A DNA stretch of 64,000 nucleotides, from the NCBI GenBank assembly GCA_015059015.1, contig SVBG01000007.1:1451-65450 (forward strand). Reading direction: 5' to 3'. Below the pieces are notes generated by a model, which ran no database searches, was not told the origin of the DNA, and saw nothing but the letters and a program-made list of their open reading frames with translations. How positions within the stretch are numbered: position 1 is the stretch's first letter; each line of letters starts with the position of its first letter. The translations under genes and the position numbers were made by a program. Positions 60,053 to 64,000 of the stretch are shown piece by piece. The DNA comes from Erysipelotrichaceae bacterium. GTDB taxonomy: Bacteria; Bacillota_I; Bacilli_A; ML615J-28; CAG-313.

Positions 60053-60544
60053 CTAATACCTCTTATTAGAAGATTTTTCAATATATCTCATTTGATCTGA
60101 CTTCTTTAAATCTTCTCTCTTATCATATAATTTTTTACCTTTACCAAGACCAATAATCACTTTAGCAAGACCATTTTTTATAATTACTTTTAAAGGAATA
60201 ATTGTAAAGCCTTCTTTTTGTTTTTTAGTATTAAATCTAGTAATTTCAATTTTATTAAGTAATAGTTTCTTTAAACGATCAGGATCATGGTTAAAGATAT
60301 TCCCCATTTCATACTTAGAAATATGAAGACCTTTTAAAAACATTTCACCACCAGTTATTTCACAATAACAATCTTGAAGTGAAGCTTTACCAGCACGAAG
60401 AGATTTAATCTCTGTACCAACAAGAACAATACCAGCTTCAACTTCATCTGAAATAAAATAATCATGATATGCTTTTTTATTTTGACATACAATACGTATA
60501 TTGTTATTATTATTGTTATTTGCCACGATTAATCTCCTTTCCAA
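60053..60544 (-). CDS. smpB: SsrA-binding protein SmpB
   Basis: QNKKAYHDYFISDEVEAGIVLVGTEIKSLRAGKASLQD matches the SmpB core. An N-terminal poly-Asn tract is encoded by an (AAT)n-like run. Confidence 0.85.
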   Translation of the reverse strand: MERRLIVANNNNNNNIRIVCQNKKAYHDYFISDEVEAGIVLVGTEIKSLRAGKASLQDCYCEITGGEMFLKGLHISKYEMGNIFNHDPDRLKKLLLNKIEITRFNTKKQKEGFTIIPLKVIIKNGLAKVIIGLGKGKKLYDKREDLKKSDQMRYIEKSSNKRY

Positions 60545-62666
60545 GTATTCTAAAATTTACTTCTCTTGTTTCCTTACATACATTCATTACTCTAACCTTT
60601 ACTCTATCACCGAGTGAATATGTAATTTTAAACTTATTACCAACAAAACACATTCTAGCCTCATCATATACATAATAATCATCATGCATATCAGCAAATC
60701 TACACATTCCCTCAACTGTATTATCAAGAGTAATAAATGCACCAAAATTCATAATTGAAGATATTGTTCCTACAAACTTATCGCCATAGAATCTTTCCAT
60801 ATATTCACATTTTTTATAATCACACGCATCACGTTCTAATTTTTCTGCTATTCGTTCTGTTTTAGATGAATTAACCCCAGCAGCATTAACTTTTGAATTA
60901 TAAAAGCCAACCTTATCAGATACACTAACAAACGATTCATTAAACATAAACTCTTTAATTAATCTATGAACAAGTAAATCAGGATATCTTCTAATTGGTG
61001 ATGTAAAATGTGTATAGCATTTAGAACCAAGTCCAAAATGCCCAATATTAGTTTCTTGATATTTAGCTTTAGCCATTGTTCTAATTAATGCTTTATTCAC
61101 AATTCCACGACGAGTTATATCTTCTTGGGATAATCCTGGTTCATTTAAATCATGGTCTTTTAATATCTTTTGAAGAAGTCTAGACACACTTTTTTGTCCT
61201 TTTATCTTATAATCATAACCAAAATTATTAATCATTAACATTAATTTACTAACTTTATCATCAGCTGGTTCTTCATGGACACGATAAATAAATGGAACAT
61301 CCAGCCAAGTCATTGTTTCTGCAACACATTCATTACTGATAAGCATAAACTCTTCAATTAAACATTCTGCATCAAATCTTTGTCTAAGAACAATATCTAC
61401 AACATTACCTTTTTCATTAAGAATGATTTTAGCCTCAGGTGTTTCAAACATAAATGCTCCACGCACTACACGTTTATTTTTTAAAATTTTAGATAATTTA
61501 TTAGCATTAAGTAACATATCATGAATGTCTTGATATTTATTTATTAACTCTTTATCACCTTTTAAAATCATATTAACATCATCATAAGTCATACGATGTC
61601 GCGAATTGATTACACCTTCAAAAATTTCACTATTCACAACATTACCATTATTATCAATTTCCATCTCACAGCACATAACAAGACGGTCTACTCCTTCATT
61701 TAAAGAACAAATACCGTTAGATAACTTCTTTGGTAACATTGGAATAACGCGGTCAGGTAAATAAACACTAGTCCCCCTCTCAAATGCTTCTAAATCTAAA
61801 AAAGTACCTTCTTTTACATAATTAGATACATCTGCTATATAAACACCAAGTAGATAATTGCCATTATCTAGTATTTCTACCCTTACTGCATCATCTAAGT
61901 CTTTTGCATCTATTCCATCAATTGTAATAATTAATTTATCAGTTAAATCTTTCCTATTAGGGTAATCTAATTTACTAATTTCATCAGGAATATCTTCAAG
62001 TTCTAATATTACTTCTTCAGGAAAGTCAGTCTTTATTCCAGCAGATAAAACAAGTGCGGTGATATCCATTCCAGAATCATGTGTATTACCAAGAATTTTA
62101 ACAACTTCACCATCTGCTGTATGATTAGGAAAATATTTATTAACTTTAACTTTTACCATTTGATGAGGTTTAGCTTTAGCAAGATCAAATTTACTAATAA
62201 AAATAGTTAATTTAATCTTACTATCTACACTATATACAAAATATTTTCCTTTATAAAATAGAAGTTCACCATAGAAATATTCATTTCCTCGTTTAATAAT
62301 ACGTTCAACGATACCTTCTTTACGACCAAGATCATCAGTGAATTCTTTAATCATAACAGTATCATAAGTTATTGCACCTTTAAAATTTGATGCTTTAACA
62401 AAAACCCCACCACTTGGAGTATCAACAAATCCATAACCACCATCTTTTACATCAAGAACACCAACACTTAAATTAAAATATGACATTGGTGCAAATAATC
62501 CTTTGTGATTATGAGTAATTATAAACTCATCTTCTAATTCATTTAAACATTTTGCAAGAAGTGTAAAATCATGAGCATCAGATAAACCTAATATTTCAAA
62601 TAGTTCATCAATATCTAAGGGATGATTAAAATCATTTAAGAAGATTTCAAGTAATTTTTCCTTCAT
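60516..62666 (-). CDS. rnr: Ribonuclease R (RNB-family 3'-5' exoribonuclease with C-terminal S1 domain)
   Basis: RNB region (...DAKDLDDAVRVE...GVYIADVSNYV...) and S1-like C-terminus (GTISSIMNFGAFITL). 716 aa. Confidence 0.85.
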   Translation of the reverse strand: MKEKLLEIFLNDFNHPLDIDELFEILGLSDAHDFTLLAKCLNELEDEFIITHNHKGLFAPMSYFNLSVGVLDVKDGGYGFVDTPSGGVFVKASNFKGAITYDTVMIKEFTDDLGRKEGIVERIIKRGNEYFYGELLFYKGKYFVYSVDSKIKLTIFISKFDLAKAKPHQMVKVKVNKYFPNHTADGEVVKILGNTHDSGMDITALVLSAGIKTDFPEEVILELEDIPDEISKLDYPNRKDLTDKLIITIDGIDAKDLDDAVRVEILDNGNYLLGVYIADVSNYVKEGTFLDLEAFERGTSVYLPDRVIPMLPKKLSNGICSLNEGVDRLVMCCEMEIDNNGNVVNSEIFEGVINSRHRMTYDDVNMILKGDKELINKYQDIHDMLLNANKLSKILKNKRVVRGAFMFETPEAKIILNEKGNVVDIVLRQRFDAECLIEEFMLISNECVAETMTWLDVPFIYRVHEEPADDKVSKLMLMINNFGYDYKIKGQKSVSRLLQKILKDHDLNEPGLSQEDITRRGIVNKALIRTMAKAKYQETNIGHFGLGSKCYTHFTSPIRRYPDLLVHRLIKEFMFNESFVSVSDKVGFYNSKVNAAGVNSSKTERIAEKLERDACDYKKCEYMERFYGDKFVGTISSIMNFGAFITLDNTVEGMCRFADMHDDYYVYDEARMCFVGNKFKITYSLGDRVKVRVMNVCKETREVNFRILGKEINRGK

Positions 62667-62743
62667 ATGATGCCTCCTTTCTACAAAAATTTTGCTAAAA
62701 AAAGAGCTTAAAATATACTTTAAGCCCTTTTAAATTCTTTTAA

Positions 62744-62983
62744 TTAAAAACGAGGTAAAACAGATACCAAGAACGCTAAAACAAAGAAAGCAATTGATAA
62801 ACCTGCAGTTAATCTATTGATAACTTTTTCTGGTCCTCTAGCTTTTTGATTAGCGAATAAATCTGATTTTTCTCCAGAAAATGCATTATTAACATCGTCT
62901 TTAGAATTTTGTAAAACGATGATTAAAATTAATGCTATAGAAACTATTAAAAGAATCCAATCGTACCATGCTAATGCACCCAT
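62744..62983 (-). CDS. secG: Preprotein translocase subunit SecG
   Basis: 79 aa with two TM segments and LQNSKDD...QKARGPEKVINRLT, which is SecG-typical. Confidence 0.8.
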   Translation of the reverse strand: MGALAWYDWILLIVSIALILIIVLQNSKDDVNNAFSGEKSDLFANQKARGPEKVINRLTAGLSIAFFVLAFLVSVLPRF

Positions 62984-63072
62984 AAGTGGCCTCCTATAAA
63001 ATTAAATTTATTACTACATATAACATACTAATTATAGCACATTTATGATTATTTTGCAAAGATATTGCTAAA

Positions 63073-64000
63073 TTACTTTATTAATACATAACTAACAGCT
63101 TCCTTAGCATCTTCAATAGTAATAATTTCTAAACTATTTCTTACGCTTTCTGGAATTTCTTCAATATCTTTTAAGTTTTCTTTTGGAATTAAAATACGTT
63201 TTAATCCTGCACGGTGAGCTGCAATTGATTTTTCTCTTAAGCCACCAATAGGTAGTACTCTACCTCTAAGTGTAATTTCACCAGTCATACCAGTTAAATG
63301 ATGAACCGGAAGATTTGTGAATGAAGATACAATTGCACATACCATTGTAACACCTGCAGATGGACCATCTTTAGGTGTTGCTCCTTCTGGAACATGGATA
63401 TGAAGATCACTTTCTTCAAATAATTTATAATCAATACCAAAATCATCTGCATTTGCTTTAACATAACTAAGTGCTGTTTCAGCAGATTCTTTCATTACTT
63501 CTCCAAGTTTACCAGTAAGATGAACTCTACCATTTCCTTTATAATGAGCAACTTCAATTTGAAGTGTATCTCCACCAAATTCAGTATACGCAAGACCAGT
63601 AACAACTCCAACTAAATCCTTACCAGTGTTATCGCTAGTCTCAAACCTTACCTTTCCTAAGAACTCTTCTAAATTATCGACTGTTACAACAACTTTAGAC
63701 TCTTTTTCAATTAAAATCTTTGTAACAGATTTTCTAACAATTTTACCAATTAAACGTTCAAGTTCACGAACACCAGCTTCTCTTGTATACATTTGAATAA
63801 TATGATAAATTGTTTGATCAGTAATTTCTAATTGATTAGTTTCTAGTCCATTTAATTTTATTTGTTTTTCAATTAAATGACGACGAGCAATTTCAAACTT
63901 CTCATACTCTGTATAACTAGATAACTCAACAATTTCAAGTCTATCACGAAGTGGAGCAGGAATATTACCTAAATAGTTTGCTGTTGCGATAAAGAAACAT
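63073..64000 (-). CDS. lon: Lon protease (ATP-dependent protease La), C-terminal part; the gene continues beyond the window end
   Basis: PKDGPSAGVTM catalytic Ser region and GMTGEITLRGRVLPIGGLREK. The reading frame stays open upstream to position 64000. Confidence 0.85.
   Translation of the reverse strand, partial: CFFIATANYLGNIPAPLRDRLEIVELSSYTEYEKFEIARRHLIEKQIKLNGLETNQLEITDQTIYHIIQMYTREAGVRELERLIGKIVRKSVTKILIEKESKVVVTVDNLEEFLGKVRFETSDNTGKDLVGVVTGLAYTEFGGDTLQIEVAHYKGNGRVHLTGKLGEVMKESAETALSYVKANADDFGIDYKLFEESDLHIHVPEGATPKDGPSAGVTMVCAIVSSFTNLPVHHLTGMTGEITLRGRVLPIGGLREKSIAAHRAGLKRILIPKENLKDIEEIPESVRNSLEIITIEDAKEAVSYVLIK

Noticed and set aside
1-64000. CRISPR arrays, IS/transposase genes, integrases, prophage genes, rRNA/tRNA genes
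   Set aside because: Reading the intergenic regions showed no regularly spaced direct repeats, no DDE or tyrosine-recombinase-like ORFs, and no tRNA-like GC-rich cloverleaf segments.

Overview
This window comes from a very AT-rich bacterium that uses the standard genetic code; it looks like a low-GC Firmicutes or Erysipelotrichia-type genome, but that is a guess. About 60 of the 64 kb is transcribed on the minus strand. No rRNA, tRNA, tmRNA, CRISPR array, IS element or prophage could be identified by eye. Protein calls rest on recognised motifs and family resemblance, not on database searches. Reading from the left, the window holds:
- an AlbA_2/Schlafen-like regulator gene carrying a 12-nt in-frame tandem repeat;
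- a D-Ala-D-Ala carboxypeptidase and a DagK-like lipid kinase;
- a LarA-family (Ni-pincer racemase) – malic enzyme – Ldh_2 operon, next to an Ssu/NMT1-type ABC importer;
- a P-type cation ATPase;
- a peptidase C26 amidotransferase – NUDIX pair and a DarA/PstA c-di-AMP receptor;
- a WG-repeat lipoprotein with a MacB/FtsX-like ABC exporter (two ATPases, two permeases);
- a tightly packed five-gene operon: radical-SAM/SPASM-like, LytTR, DUF3021-like, Asn/Asp-rich anchored secreted protein, cytoplasmic GH13 pullulanase;
- an ankyrin-repeat exported protein;
- a DUF2089 – toast-rack (DUF4097) – small membrane protein operon under a consensus promoter;
- a 5'-truncated CotH-like remnant;
- a polysaccharide locus of about 20 kb, Wzx/Wzy-dependent, with fnlABC, a WbuB-like transferase, a TviB/TviC-like pair, several GT4 transferases, acetyltransferases, PglC-like initiation and an odd cytoplasmic BNR/Asp-box protein;
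- a GDPD – GalE – FolD – ThyX-like operon in which the ThyX RHR motif is altered;
- a formate/nitrite transporter, a DUF1963 protein and an orphan AbiEi-like gene;
- a conserved secG – rnr – smpB block. Where ssrA would be expected, smpB is translationally coupled to a TPR/Sel1 – calcineurin-like phosphoesterase – tail-anchored helical protein module. The window ends inside lon.
The best candidates for an undescribed system are that smpB-coupled triad, the radical-SAM/LytTR/DUF3021/pullulanase operon, the LarA-homolog hydroxyacid module and the DUF2089/toast-rack operon.
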